Shown here piece by piece: positions 47,351 to 59,196 of a DNA stretch of 64,000 nt. Position numbers and translations under genes: made by a program. Each line of letters starts with the position of its first letter. Position 1 is the stretch's first letter. The stretch is from Escherichia coli (GTDB lineage Bacteria; Pseudomonadota; Gammaproteobacteria; Enterobacterales; Enterobacteriaceae). The DNA is taken from assembly GCF_003334315.1 (NCBI RefSeq), contig NZ_QOWR01000013.1; one strand, given 5' to 3'. The notes beneath the pieces are model-generated. The model saw only the letters and a program-made list of their open reading frames with translations, was not told the origin of the DNA and did no database searches.

Positions 47351-48667
47351 ATGGGAAACACATCAATACAAACGCAGAGTTACCGTGCGGTAGATAAAGA
47401 TGCAGGGCAAAGCAGAAGTTACATTATTCCATTCGCGCTGCTGTGCTCACTGTTTTTTCTTTGGGCGGTAGCCAATAACCTTAACGACATTTTATTACCT
47501 CAATTCCAGCAGGCTTTTACGCTGACAAATTTCCAGGCTGGCCTGATCCAATCGGCCTTTTACTTTGGTTATTTCATTATCCCAATCCCTGCTGGGATAT
47601 TGATGAAAAAACTCAGTTATAAAGCAGGGATTATTACCGGGTTATTTTTATATGCCTTGGGTGCTGCATTATTCTGGCCCGCCGCAGAAATAATGAACCA
47701 CACCTTATTTTTAGTTGGCCTATTTATTATTGCAGCCGGATTAGGTTGTCTGGAAACTGCCGCAAACCCTTTTGTTACGGTATTAGGGCCGGAAAGTAGT
47801 GGTCACTTCCGCTTAAATCTTGCGCAAACATTTAACTCGTTTGGCGCAATTATCGCGGTTGTCTTTGGGCAAAGTCTTATTTTGTCTAACGTGCCACATC
47901 AATCGCAAGACGTTCTCGATAAAATGTCTCCAGAGCAATTGAGTGCGTATAAACACAGCCTGGTATTATCGGTACAGACACCTTATATGATCATCGTGGC
48001 TATCGTGTTACTGGTCGCCCTGCTGATCATGCTGACGAAATTCCCGGCATTGCAGAGTGATAATCACAGTGACGCCAAACAAGGATCGTTCTCCGCATCG
48101 CTTTCTCGCCTGGCGCGTATTCGCCACTGGCGCTGGGCGGTATTAGCGCAATTCTGCTATGTCGGCGCACAAACGGCCTGCTGGAGCTATTTGATTCGCT
48201 ACGCTGTAGAAGAAATTCCAGGTATGACTGCAGGCTTTGCCGCTAACTATTTAACCGGAACCATGGTGTGCTTCTTTATTGGTCGTTTCACCGGTACCTG
48301 GCTCATCAGTCGCTTCGCACCACACAAAGTCCTGGCCGCCTACGCATTAATCGCTATGGCACTGTGCCTGATCTCAGCCTTCGCTGGCGGTCATGTGGGC
48401 TTAATAGCCCTGACTTTATGCAGCGCCTTTATGTCGATTCAGTACCCAACAATCTTCTCGCTGGGCATTAAGAATCTCGGCCAGGACACCAAATATGGTT
48501 CGTCCTTCATCGTTATGACCATTATTGGCGGCGGTATTGTCACTCCGGTCATGGGTTTTGTCAGTGACGCGGCGGGCAACATCCCCACTGCTGAACTGAT
48601 CCCCGCACTCTGCTTCGCGGTCATCTTTATCTTTGCCCGTTTCCGTTCTCAAACGGCAACTAACTGA
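47351..48667 (+). CDS. fucP: L-fucose:H+ symporter
   Basis: 438-aa ORF recognised as FucP. Confidence 0.96.
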   Translation: MGNTSIQTQSYRAVDKDAGQSRSYIIPFALLCSLFFLWAVANNLNDILLPQFQQAFTLTNFQAGLIQSAFYFGYFIIPIPAGILMKKLSYKAGIITGLFLYALGAALFWPAAEIMNHTLFLVGLFIIAAGLGCLETAANPFVTVLGPESSGHFRLNLAQTFNSFGAIIAVVFGQSLILSNVPHQSQDVLDKMSPEQLSAYKHSLVLSVQTPYMIIVAIVLLVALLIMLTKFPALQSDNHSDAKQGSFSASLSRLARIRHWRWAVLAQFCYVGAQTACWSYLIRYAVEEIPGMTAGFAANYLTGTMVCFFIGRFTGTWLISRFAPHKVLAAYALIAMALCLISAFAGGHVGLIALTLCSAFMSIQYPTIFSLGIKNLGQDTKYGSSFIVMTIIGGGIVTPVMGFVSDAAGNIPTAELIPALCFAVIFIFARFRSQTATN

Positions 48668-48699
48668 ACATATTTTCCGAATAAAGTGAGGAATCTGTA

Positions 48700-50475
48700 A
48701 TGAAAAAAATCAGCTTACCGAAAATTGGTATCCGCCCGGTTATTGACGGTCGTCGCATGGGTGTTCGTGAGTCGCTTGAAGAACAAACAATGAATATGGC
48801 GAAAGCTACGGCCGCACTGCTGACCGAGAAACTGCGCCATGCCTGCGGAGCTGCCGTCGAGTGTGTCATTTCCGATACCTGTATCGCGGGTATGGCTGAA
48901 GCCGCTGCTTGCGAAGAAAAATTCAGCAGTCAGAATGTAGGCCTCACCATTACGGTAACGCCTTGCTGGTGCTATGGCAGTGAAACCATCGACATGGATC
49001 CAACCCGCCCGAAAGCCATTTGGGGCTTTAACGGCACTGAACGTCCCGGCGCTGTTTACCTGGCAGCGGCTCTGGCAGCTCACAGCCAGAAAGGCATCCC
49101 GGCATTCTCCATTTACGGTCATGACGTTCAGGATGCCGATGACACATCGATTCCTGCCGATGTTGAAGAAAAACTGCTGCGCTTTGCCCGCGCCGGTTTG
49201 GCCGTCGCCAGCATGAAAGGTAAAAGCTATCTGTCGCTGGGCGGCGTTTCGATGGGTATCGCCGGTTCTATTGTTGATCACAACTTCTTTGAATCCTGGC
49301 TGGGAATGAAAGTCCAGGCGGTGGATATGACCGAACTGCGTCGCCGTATCGATCAGCAGATTTACGACGAAGCCGAACTGGAAATGGCGCTGGCCTGGGC
49401 TGATAAAAACTTCCGCTATGGCGAAGATGAAAATAACAAACAGTATCAACGTAATGCCGAGCAAAGCCGCGCAGTTCTGCGCGAAAGTTTACTGATGGCG
49501 ATGTGTATCCGCGACATGATGCAAGGCAACAGCAAACTGGCCGATATTGGTCGCGTGGAAGAATCACTTGGCTACAACGCCATCGCTGCGGGCTTCCAGG
49601 GGCAACGTCACTGGACCGATCAATATCCCAATGGTGACACCGCCGAAGCGATCCTCAACAGTTCATTTGACTGGAATGGCGTGCGCGAACCCTTTGTCGT
49701 GGCGACCGAAAACGACAGTCTTAACGGCGTGGCAATGCTAATGGGTCACCAGCTCACCGGCACCGCTCAGGTATTTGCCGATGTGCGTACCTACTGGTCA
49801 CCAGAAGCAATTGAGCGTGTAACGGGGCATAAACTGGATGGACTGGCAGAACACGGCATCATCCATTTGATCAACTCCGGTTCTGCTGCGCTGGACGGTT
49901 CCTGTAAACAACGCGACAGCGAAGGTAACCCGACGATGAAGCCACACTGGGAAATCTCTCAGCAAGAGGCTGACGCTTGCCTCGCCGCTACCGAATGGTG
50001 CCCGGCGATCCACGAATACTTCCGTGGCGGCGGTTACTCTTCCCGCTTCCTTACCGAAGGCGGCGTCCCGTTCACCATGACTCGTGTCAACATCATCAAA
50101 GGCCTGGGACCGGTACTGCAAATCGCGGAAGGCTGGAGCGTGGAATTGCCGAAGGATGTGCATGACATCCTCAACAAACGCACCAACTCAACCTGGCCAA
50201 CCACCTGGTTTGCACCGCGCCTCACCGGTAAAGGGCCGTTTACGGATGTGTACTCGGTAATGGCGAACTGGGGCGCTAACCATGGGGTTCTGACCATCGG
50301 CCACGTTGGCGCAGACTTTATCACTCTCGCCTCCATGCTGCGTATCCCGGTATGTATGCACAACGTTGAAGAGACCAAAGTGTATCGTCCTTCTGCCTGG
50401 GCTGCGCACGGCATGGATATTGAAGGCCAGGATTACCGCGCTTGCCAGAACTACGGTCCGTTGTACAAGCGTTAA
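48700..50475 (+). CDS. fucI: L-fucose isomerase
   Basis: 591-aa ORF recognised as FucI. Confidence 0.97.
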   Translation: MKKISLPKIGIRPVIDGRRMGVRESLEEQTMNMAKATAALLTEKLRHACGAAVECVISDTCIAGMAEAAACEEKFSSQNVGLTITVTPCWCYGSETIDMDPTRPKAIWGFNGTERPGAVYLAAALAAHSQKGIPAFSIYGHDVQDADDTSIPADVEEKLLRFARAGLAVASMKGKSYLSLGGVSMGIAGSIVDHNFFESWLGMKVQAVDMTELRRRIDQQIYDEAELEMALAWADKNFRYGEDENNKQYQRNAEQSRAVLRESLLMAMCIRDMMQGNSKLADIGRVEESLGYNAIAAGFQGQRHWTDQYPNGDTAEAILNSSFDWNGVREPFVVATENDSLNGVAMLMGHQLTGTAQVFADVRTYWSPEAIERVTGHKLDGLAEHGIIHLINSGSAALDGSCKQRDSEGNPTMKPHWEISQQEADACLAATEWCPAIHEYFRGGGYSSRFLTEGGVPFTMTRVNIIKGLGPVLQIAEGWSVELPKDVHDILNKRTNSTWPTTWFAPRLTGKGPFTDVYSVMANWGANHGVLTIGHVGADFITLASMLRIPVCMHNVEETKVYRPSAWAAHGMDIEGQDYRACQNYGPLYKR

Positions 50476-50583
50476 TACATTACTCCCTGATGTGATGCCC
50501 GGTCGCTCCGGCTACCGGGCCTGAACAAGCAAGAGTGGTTAGCCGGATAAGCAATGTTATCCGGCTATATTGCAGGAGCGATT

Positions 50584-52002
50584 ATGAAACAAGAAGTTAT
50601 CCTGGTACTCGACTGTGGCGCGACCAATGTCAGGGCCATCGCGGTTAATCGGCAGGGCAAAATTGTTGCCCGCGCCTCAACGCCTAATGCCAGCGATATC
50701 GCGATGGAAAACAACACCTGGCACCAGTGGTCTTTAGACGCCATTTTGCAACGCTTTGCTGATTGCTGTCGGCAAATCAATAGTGAACTGACTGAATGCC
50801 ACATCCGCGGTATCGCCGTCACCACCTTTGGTGTGGATGGAGCTCTGGTAGATAAGCAAGGCAATCTGCTCTATCCGATCATTAGCTGGAAATGTCCGCG
50901 AACAGCAGCGGTTATGGACAATATTAAACGGTTAATCTCCGCACAGCGGTTGCAGGCTATTTCTGGCGTCGGAGCCTTTAGTTTCAATACGTTATATAAG
51001 TTGGTGTGGTTGAAAGAAAATCATCCACAACTGCTGGAACGCGCGCACGCCTGGCTCTTCATTTCGTCGCTGATTAACCACCGTTTAACCGGCGAATTCA
51101 CTACTGATATCACGATGGCCGGAACCAGCCAGATGCTGGATATCCAGCAACGCGATTTCAGTCCGCAAATTTTACAAGCCACCGGTATTCCATGCCGACT
51201 CTTCCCTCGTCTGGTGGAAGCGGGTGAACAGATTGGTACGCTACAGAACAGCGCCGCAGCAATGCTCGGCTTACCCGTTGGCATACCGGTGATTTCCGCA
51301 GGTCACGATACCCAGTTCGCCCTTTTTGGCGCTGGTGCCGAACAAAATGAACCAGTGCTCTCCTCCGGTACATGGGAAATTTTAATGGTCCGTAGCGCCC
51401 AGATTGATACTTCGCTGTTAAGTCAGTACGCCGGTTCCACCTGCGAACTGGATAGCCAGGCAGGGTTGTATAACCCAGGTATGCAATGGCTGGCATCCGG
51501 CGTGCTGGAATGGGTGAGAAAACTGTTCTGGACGGCTGAAACACCCTGGCAAATGTTGATTGAAGAAGCTCGTCTGATCGCACCTGGCGCGGATGGCGTG
51601 AAAATGCAGTGTGATTTATTGTCGTGTCAGAACGCTGGCTGGCAAGGAGTGACGCTTAATACTACGCGGGGGCATTTCTATCGCGCGGCGCTGGAAGGGT
51701 TAACCGCGCAATTACAGCGCAATCTACAGATGCTGGAAAAAATCGGGCACTTTAAAGCCTCTGAATTATTGTTAGTCGGCGGAGGAAGTCGCAACACATT
51801 GTGGAATCAGATTAAAGCCAATATGCTTGATATTCCGGTAAAAGTTCTCGACGATGCCGAAACGACCGTCGCAGGAGCTGCGCTGTTCGGTTGGTATGGC
51901 GTAGGGGAATTTAACAGCCCGGAAGAAGCCCGTGCACAGATTCATTATCAGTACCGTTATTTCTACCCGCAAACTGAACCTGAATTTATAGAGGAAGTGT
52001 GA
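50584..52002 (+). CDS. fucK: L-fuculokinase
   Basis: Track ORF 50554..52002; start placed at [15 protein letters not shown] with CAGGAG Shine-Dalgarno; the upstream ATG at 50554 lacks an obvious RBS. Confidence 0.9.
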
Positions 52003-52003
52003 A

Positions 52004-52426
52004 ATGCTGAAAACAATTTCGCCGTTAATTTCTCCCGAACTATTGAAAGTGCTGGCAGAGATGGGACATGGAGATGAAATTATTTTTTCCGATGCTCACT
52101 TTCCCGCCCATTCGATGGGACCGCAGGTGATCCGCGCTGATGGCCTGTTGGTGAGCGACTTGCTCCAGGCGATTATCCCGTTATTTGAACTGGACAGTTA
52201 TGCACCGCCGCTGGTGATGATGGCAGCGGTAGAAGGTGATACTCTCGATCCTGAAGTAGAACGACGTTACCGTAATGCGCTTTCACTACAAGCCCCGTGT
52301 CCTGACATCATCCGCATCAATCGTTTTGCGTTTTATGAACGGGCGCAAAAAGCCTTTGCGATCGTTATCACAGGCGAACGAGCGAAGTACGGGAATATTC
52401 TTTTAAAAAAAGGGGTAACACCGTAA
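52004..52426 (+). CDS. fucU: L-fucose mutarotase
   Basis: 140-aa ORF recognised as FucU. Confidence 0.95.
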
Positions 52427-52483
52427 TCTCATACCGGTACGCCCGCATGACGCGGGCGGTTATCGAATGATGGGGTGAAAAAT

Positions 52484-53215
52484 ATGAAAGCGGCACGCCA
52501 GCAAGCGATAGTCGACCTGCTGCTGAACCATACCAGCCTGACCACGGAAGCTCTCTCTGAACAGCTAAAGGTCAGTAAAGAAACCATTCGTCGCGATCTC
52601 AATGAATTACAGACGCAGGGTAAAATTCTGCGCAATCATGGACGCGCTAAATATATCCACCGTCAAAATCAAGACAGTGGCGATCCCTTTCACATCCGGC
52701 TGAAAAGCCATTATGCGCATAAAGCAGATATCGCGCGCGAGGCGCTCGCGTGGATTGAAGAAGGGATGGTGATAGCCTTAGACGCCAGTTCAACTTGCTG
52801 GTATCTGGCACGCCAGTTGCCTGACATCAACATTCAGGTCTTCACCAATAGCCATCCGATTTGCCATGAACTCGGTAAACGCGAACGCATTCAACTGATC
52901 AGTTCCGGCGGCACACTTGAGCGCAAATATGGCTGTTACGTCAATCCCTCGCTGATTTCCCAACTTAAATCGCTGGAAATCGATCTGTTTATTTTTTCTT
53001 GTGAAGGGATCGATAGCAGCGGCGCACTGTGGGACTCCAATGCCATCAACGCTGATTACAAATCGATGCTATTAAAACGTGCCGCGCAATCGTTGTTATT
53101 GATTGATAAAAGTAAATTTAATCGTTCAGGGGAAGCCCGCATCGGGCATCTGGATGAGGTAACGCACATTATTTCTGATGAGCGCCAGGTTGCAACTTCT
53201 TTGGTAACAGCCTGA
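52484..53215 (+). CDS. fucR: DeoR-family activator of the fuc regulon
   Basis: Track ORF 52475..53215; start placed at MKAARQQAIVDLLL (243 aa). Confidence 0.92.
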   Translation: MKAARQQAIVDLLLNHTSLTTEALSEQLKVSKETIRRDLNELQTQGKILRNHGRAKYIHRQNQDSGDPFHIRLKSHYAHKADIAREALAWIEEGMVIALDASSTCWYLARQLPDINIQVFTNSHPICHELGKRERIQLISSGGTLERKYGCYVNPSLISQLKSLEIDLFIFSCEGIDSSGALWDSNAINADYKSMLLKRAAQSLLLIDKSKFNRSGEARIGHLDEVTHIISDERQVATSLVTA

Positions 53216-53258
53216 CGGAAAGGGTAGCAGGCCGGAGACGACGCCCCGGCCTTGCCTG

Positions 53259-54359
53259 TTATCGCTCGTCGCGACGACCACCCACCGCAGCCCAGATGCG
53301 GCGGACGTGCACTGTCACTTCTTCGCGATCGTGATACAACTGCCGCGCCTGAATCTGAGCATTTATGCCATGTTCATCAAGCTGTGCCTGAATATACGCC
53401 AGATTGTGTGACACTTCTTCGTAGCGTTTTTTCATCGGCAGTTTGAGGTTGAAAATGGTTTCACGACACCAGCCATTAACCAGCCACTGCGCCATCAATG
53501 CCGCAACTTTCGCCGGTTTTTCAACCATATCGCATACCATCCAGGAGATATTGCTGCGCGTCGGACGGAATTTGAAACCGTCTTCCCGCAGCCACGTCAC
53601 CTGTCCGGTATCCATCAGACTTTGCGCCATCGGGCCGTTGTCGACGGAATAAACCCACATGTTGCGCTTCACCAGTTGGTAGGTCCAGCCGCCAGGGCAA
53701 GCGCCTAAATCCACCGCCCACATCCCGTTCGCCAGGCGTTCATCCCACTCATCCGCAGGAATAAACACATGAAATGCCTCTTCCAGTTTGAGCGTGGAAC
53801 GACTCGGCGCATCTGCCGGAAATTTCAGGCGCGGAATGCCCATATAGAACGGCGAATTATTGTTGCTGTATGAGTAACCGGTATAGCAGCAGCCTGGTGC
53901 AATAAAGAATACATGCACAACCGGACGCTTCGGCGTTTCATAGTTCGCCAGCACCCCGGCATCGCGCAAGGCAGCGCGTAGCGGAACAGTAAATTTACGG
54001 CAGAATTTCAGCAACTCTTTGCTTTCGTTGGTATCGGCAACTTCAACACGCAGTTCACCGCCCTTCTCTACTACGCCCTGTAACATGCCGACAATGGGGG
54101 TAATACGATCTTCTGGCGGCAAGTGCTGCAGGAGTTCCCCCACCACAAACCACTGGCGGGCAAAAATTAATGAACTGAACGGCAGCTCACGGATTAACTT
54201 ATCGCCATCATCAGGTTGATAACATTCATAAATGACATAACCCGCATTCTCTTTCACGCGGGCAAAACCGAAAATTTCCCGCTGGCCGGCTTTATCGGTA
54301 ATTTCTGCGGCGCACTCTTTTTCAAAGCCCGGACGGCACAGCAATACAACCTTATTCAT
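53259..54359 (-). CDS. rlmM: 23S rRNA 2-prime-O-ribose C2498 methyltransferase
   Basis: 366-aa ORF recognised as RlmM (YgdE). Confidence 0.93.
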
Positions 54360-54747
54360 GACTTACGCCCTTGCGCTTTAAACGGATAGCACCAACTAAC
54401 ATTAACGCCCAGCCCGCGAGGAAGCTCACGCCGCCAACCGGAGTGACAAACGCCCACAAACGCAGATGGGACAGCGCCAGGCAATAAAGGCTGCCGCTGA
54501 ACAACACCGTGCCTAACGCGAGGAAAACGCTACTCCAGTAAAACCAGATACTGATGCGACGCTGCATTGCCACCGCCAGACCTAAGATCGCCAGCGTATG
54601 AAACGCCTGGTATTCGAGGCCGGTCTGGATCCAGCCCATCTCAACGGCCCCCATGGTTTTACTTAACACATGCGCGCCAAAAGCGCCCAGAGCCACAAAA
54701 ATGAAGCCGCTAATGGCGGCGAAAATCAGCATAAAACGGCTGGTCAT
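54352..54747 (-). CDS. ygdD: DUF423 inner-membrane protein
   Basis: 131-aa hydrophobic ORF recognised as YgdD; overlaps the rlmM start by 8 nt. Confidence 0.88.
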
Positions 54748-54765
54748 GGTCGTACCCTACGTAAA

Positions 54766-55683
54766 TTATTGTTCATAACGAAAGCGGAATTTTTCTTGTT
54801 CAGCAGCGGCTTTCGCCAGGATCCATTGGCGAAAGGCGGCTATTTTACCCAGTTCTGCCTGGCTGTCATGACAAACCAGATAAAAAGCGTTTTTACTGAC
54901 CAGAACATCATTAAACGGGCAAACAAGACGTCCGGCCTCGATTTCAGATTGCGCCATCACGTTATTTGCCAGCGCCACTCCCTGCCCGTGAATAGCCGCT
55001 TGCAGCACCATGGCGCTATGACTAAAAATTGGCCCTTGCTGAACGTTGATATGATTTAACCCCAACTGTCGGGTATATGTCTGCCAGTCACGGCGTGACG
55101 CATCATGTAATAACGTATGTTTAGCCAGATCTTCCGGGGTCTTCAAGGGTTTTTCGCCTGTCAGCAGTAGCGGCGAACACACCGGCAATAAATATTCGGC
55201 GTACAGTTTTTCCACCCGTAGCCCCGGCCAGTTGCCCCGACCATAAAATATCGCCACATCAACATCATCCGCCAGCTTATCTTCCTGACGGTCAACCGCC
55301 TGGATTCGAACGTCAATTCCCGGATAAGCTGAATTAAAGCTGGAAAGTCGCGGAACCAACCAATGAATGGCGAAACTGGGGAGTAAACTGACCGTCAACG
55401 CCCCCTTGGCGCTACGGGCCTGGAGTTTACGCGTCGCTTCGGTTAATTGCGAAAATATCTCTTTGATATCGAGGAAATAGCTTTGACCTTCCTCGGTCAG
55501 CAGGAGTGAACGATTACGGCGGCGGAACAGTTTTAGCCCCAGAAAATCCTCAAGAGACTTGATTTGATGACTTACTGCGGCCTGGGTCACAAAAAGCTCT
55601 TCTGCTGCGCGAGTGAAACTTAAATGGCGTGCTGCGGCATCAAAAACTCGTAAGGCATTTAGCGGTGGTAATCGTTTAGACAT
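54766..55683 (-). CDS. gcvA: LysR-family glycine cleavage regulator
   Basis: 305-aa ORF recognised as GcvA. Confidence 0.96.
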   Translation of the reverse strand: MSKRLPPLNALRVFDAAARHLSFTRAAEELFVTQAAVSHQIKSLEDFLGLKLFRRRNRSLLLTEEGQSYFLDIKEIFSQLTEATRKLQARSAKGALTVSLLPSFAIHWLVPRLSSFNSAYPGIDVRIQAVDRQEDKLADDVDVAIFYGRGNWPGLRVEKLYAEYLLPVCSPLLLTGEKPLKTPEDLAKHTLLHDASRRDWQTYTRQLGLNHINVQQGPIFSHSAMVLQAAIHGQGVALANNVMAQSEIEAGRLVCPFNDVLVSKNAFYLVCHDSQAELGKIAAFRQWILAKAAAEQEKFRFRYEQ

Positions 55684-55811
55684 GGCTTTTAAACTTTGAT
55701 GTTAAATGAATTTAACAATTAGATCACACTATGTAACCTATTAGTTTTTTTAATCTGAGCCATTATAAATTGTCCGTTGAGCTTCTACCAGCAAATACCT
55801 ATAGTGGCGGC

Positions 55812-56017
55812 ACTTCCTGAGCCGGAACGAAAAGTTTTATCGGAATGCGTGTTCTGGTGAACTTTTGGCTTACGGTTGTGATGTTGTGTTGTTGTGTTTG
55901 CAATTGGTCTGCGATTCAGACCATGGTAGCAAAGCTACCTTTTTTCACTTCCTGTACATTTACCCTGTCTGTCCATAGTGATTAATGTAGCACCGCCTAA
56001 TTGCGGTGCTTTTTTTT
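55812..56017 (+). ncRNA. gcvB: GcvB small RNA
   Basis: ACTTCCTGAGCCGGAACG... with the GU-rich GTTGTGATGTTGTGTTGTTGTGTTTG region and a GCACCGCCTAATTGCGGTGC hairpin plus T-run at the 3-prime end; divergent from gcvA (sequence recognised from memory). Confidence 0.92.
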
Positions 56018-56033
56018 ACCTTGCGATCGTGAA

Positions 56034-56261
56034 TTACTGATCCAGTTCGACCATCTCTTTCACGTCAGTACGGTTGATCTGCTGTTTGTTGCCATTAGCG
56101 TCTTTATACGAAATCATACCGGTATCGTTATCAGTCTGTGGTTTGCCGTCAGAGACGATGGTACGTCCGTCATTGGTGTGCATCACATAGTTCGAACCGG
56201 AACAGGCGCTCAGGGCAAAAGTCAGCATACAGGCAGAAATAATTGCGGCAGTCTTTTTCAT
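56034..56261 (-). CDS. ygdI: DUF903 lipoprotein
   Basis: Track ORF 56034..56264; start placed at [20 protein letters not shown] (lipobox). Confidence 0.88.
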   Translation of the reverse strand: MKKTAAIISACMLTFALSACSGSNYVMHTNDGRTIVSDGKPQTDNDTGMISYKDANGNKQQINRTDVKEMVELDQ

Positions 56262-56452
56262 CATCTTCTCCTTAAAGCGATTAATAAATCTTAATAGTAT
56301 TGATTAACAGGCTAAAATTAACGCCTAACACTATTCAGCATATGTTACTTACGCGGCTTCGCCAGGATATCCAGATAATTCTGATGGTTAGCACTCTCCT
56401 TGTATCAAAGTGAATTTTGCGTCACGATCGGTGCATCAAGCCGAGGAGTACC

Positions 56453-57658
56453 ATGAACGTTTTTAATCCCGCGCAGTTTCGCGCCCAGTTTCCCGCACTA
56501 CAGGATGCGGGCGTCTATCTCGACAGCGCCGCGACCGCACTTAAACCTGAAGCCGTGGTTGAAGCCACCCAACAGTTTTACAGTCTGAGCGCCGGAAACG
56601 TCCATCGCAGCCAGTTTGCCGAAGCCCAACGCCTGACCGCGCGTTATGAAGCTGCACGAGAGAAAGTGGCGCAATTACTGAATGCACCGGATGATAAAAC
56701 TATCGTCTGGACGCGCGGCACCACTGAATCCATCAACATGGTGGCACAATGCTATGCGCGTCCGCGTCTGCAACCGGGCGATGAGATTATTGTCAGCGTG
56801 GCAGAACACCACGCCAACCTCGTCCCCTGGCTGATGGTCGCCCAACAAACTGGAGCCAAAGTGGTGAAATTGCCGCTTAATGCGCAGCGACTGCCGGATG
56901 TCGATTTGTTGCCAGAACTGATTACTCCCCGTAGTCGGATTCTGGCGTTGGGTCAGATGTCGAACGTTACTGGCGGTTGCCCGGATCTGGCGCGAGCGAT
57001 TACCTTTGCTCATTCAGCCGGGATGGTGGTGATGGTTGATGGTGCTCAGGGGGCAGTGCATTTCCCCGCGGATGTTCAGCAACTGGATATTGATTTCTAT
57101 GCTTTTTCAGGTCACAAACTGTATGGCCCGACAGGTATCGGCGTGCTGTATGGTAAATCAGAACTGCTGGAGGCGATGTCGCCCTGGCTGGGCGGCGGCA
57201 AAATGGTTCACGAAGTGAGTTTTGACGGCTTCACGACTCAATCTGCGCCGTGGAAACTGGAAGCTGGAACGCCAAATATCGCTGGTGTCATAGGATTAAG
57301 CGCGGCGCTGGAATGGCTGGCAGATTACGATATCAACCAGGCCGAAAGCTGGAGCCGTAGCTTAGCAACGCTGGCGGAAGATGCGCTGGCGAAACGTCCC
57401 GGCTTTCGTTCATTCCGCTGCCAGGATTCCAGCCTGCTGGCCTTTGATTTTGCTGGCGTTCATCATAGCGATATGGTGACGCTGCTGGCGGAGTACGGTA
57501 TTGCCCTGCGGGCCGGGCAGCATTGCGCTCAGCCGCTACTGGCAGAATTAGGCGTAACCGGCACACTGCGCGCCTCTTTTGCGCCATATAATACAAAGAG
57601 TGATGTGGATGCGCTGGTGAATGCCGTTGACCGCGCGCTGGAATTATTGGTGGATTAA
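56453..57658 (+). CDS. csdA: cysteine sulfinate desulfinase / cysteine desulfurase
   Basis: Track ORF 56417..57658; start placed at [16 protein letters not shown] (401 aa) with GAGGAG Shine-Dalgarno. Confidence 0.94.
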
Positions 57659-58101
57659 TGACAAACCCGCAATTCGCCGGACATCCGTTCGGCACAACCG
57701 TAACCGCAGAAACGTTACGCAATACCTTCGCACCGTTGACGCAATGGGAAGATAAATATCGCCAGTTGATCATGCTGGGGAAACAGCTTCCGGCATTGCC
57801 AGACGAGTTAAAAGCGCAGGCTAAAGAGATTGCCGGATGCGAAAACCGCGTCTGGCTGGGATATACAGTGGCTGAAAACGGCAAAATGCATTTCTTTGGC
57901 GACAGCGAAGGGCGCATTGTGCGCGGCCTGCTGGCGGTGTTGTTGACTGCCGTTGAGGGGAAAACCGCCGCCGAGTTGCAGGCACAGTCACCACTGGCAT
58001 TGTTTGATGAGCTGGGATTACGTGCGCAGCTTAGCGCCTCACGCAGCCAGGGGTTAAATGCGTTAAGCGAGGCGATTATCGCTGCGACGAAGCAGGTTTA
58101 A
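57658..58101 (+). CDS. csdE: sulfur acceptor protein (SufE-like)
   Basis: 147-aa ORF recognised as CsdE; start overlaps the csdA stop. Confidence 0.93.
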
Positions 58102-58151
58102 GCACAGAACCGGGTCGGATAAGACGTTCGCGTCTCATCCGACCTGATTGT

Positions 58152-58958
58152 TTAACCCTGACGCGCCGCTTTCGCCATCATCTTCTTCAGCGCATGAGAA
58201 ACCGCAACAAACCCAAAGGTGGCGGTCACCATCGTTGCCGCGCCAAATCCAGATGCACAATCCATCCGCTTCGGCCCTTCTGCCGTGGCTTTCATCGCAC
58301 ACACCGTACCGTCTGACTGCGGGTACACCAGCGCTTCAGTAGAAAACACGCAATCCACGCCGAGCTTACCTTTACTGTTTTTCACTACGCCAAAATCGCT
58401 TTTCAGGCGCTCGCGCAACTTCGCCGCCAGCGGGTCCTGAATCGTTTTCGCCAGATCGGTAACCTGAATCTGCGTCGGTTCAATCTGCCCACCCGCGCCA
58501 CCGGTTGTGACCAGTGGGATTTTATTGCGCCGACAATAAGCAATCAGCGCCGCTTTGGGCCGTACACTATCAATGGCATCAATCACGTACGAATAACCCA
58601 CGCTCATATACTGCGCTACGTTATCCGGCGTCACGAAATCATCCACCACCGTTACACGGCACTCCGGGTTAATCTGGCGAATACGCTCCGCCATAACTTC
58701 CGCTTTTGCCAGCCCAACGTTATCGCGCAGGGCATGAATTTGCCGATTGGTATTGGTGACGCACACATCATCCATATCGATAAGCGTGATTGCGCCAATC
58801 CCCGTGCGCGCCAGCGCTTCCGCCGCCCAGGAACCGACACCACCGATACCAACCACACAAATATGCGCGTCAGCAAACAGTTGCAACGCTTTTTCACCAT
58901 ACAGACGCGCTGTGCCACCAAAACGCTGACGCCATGCATCACTAATTACCACAGACAT
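58152..58958 (-). CDS. tcdA: tRNA threonylcarbamoyladenosine dehydratase (E1-like)
   Basis: 268-aa ORF recognised as TcdA (CsdL/YgdL); GIGGVGS nucleotide-binding motif. Confidence 0.93.
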   Translation of the reverse strand: MSVVISDAWRQRFGGTARLYGEKALQLFADAHICVVGIGGVGSWAAEALARTGIGAITLIDMDDVCVTNTNRQIHALRDNVGLAKAEVMAERIRQINPECRVTVVDDFVTPDNVAQYMSVGYSYVIDAIDSVRPKAALIAYCRRNKIPLVTTGGAGGQIEPTQIQVTDLAKTIQDPLAAKLRERLKSDFGVVKNSKGKLGVDCVFSTEALVYPQSDGTVCAMKATAEGPKRMDCASGFGAATMVTATFGFVAVSHALKKMMAKAARQG

Positions 58959-58986
58959 AGCACCTCAGAATTAAAAAGGGCGAGGT

Positions 58987-59170
58987 TATCCCTCACCCTA
59001 AACGCATAAATGCCTGATGCGCTACGCTTATCAGGCCTACATAACTCCTGCAATATTTTGGATTTGCATGATTTGTAGGCCGGATAAGGCGTTCACGCCG
59101 CATCCGGCATGAACAACGCGCACTTAGTCAATAATCAGGATGTGAGGTTACCCCTCACCCTGTCATATCC
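58987..59170. repeat. BIME / REP cluster flanked by short GAGGTTA(T/C)CCCTCACCC hairpin repeats
   Basis: Two inverted REP units (GCCTGATGCGCTACGCTTATCAGGCCTAC ... GTAGGCCGGATAAGGCG...GCATCCGGC) bracketed by near-identical 17-21-nt hairpin motifs at about 58987-59007 and 59147-59170. Confidence 0.6.
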
Positions 59171-59196
59171 GTAAAAACGGCATACAGAATATCACA

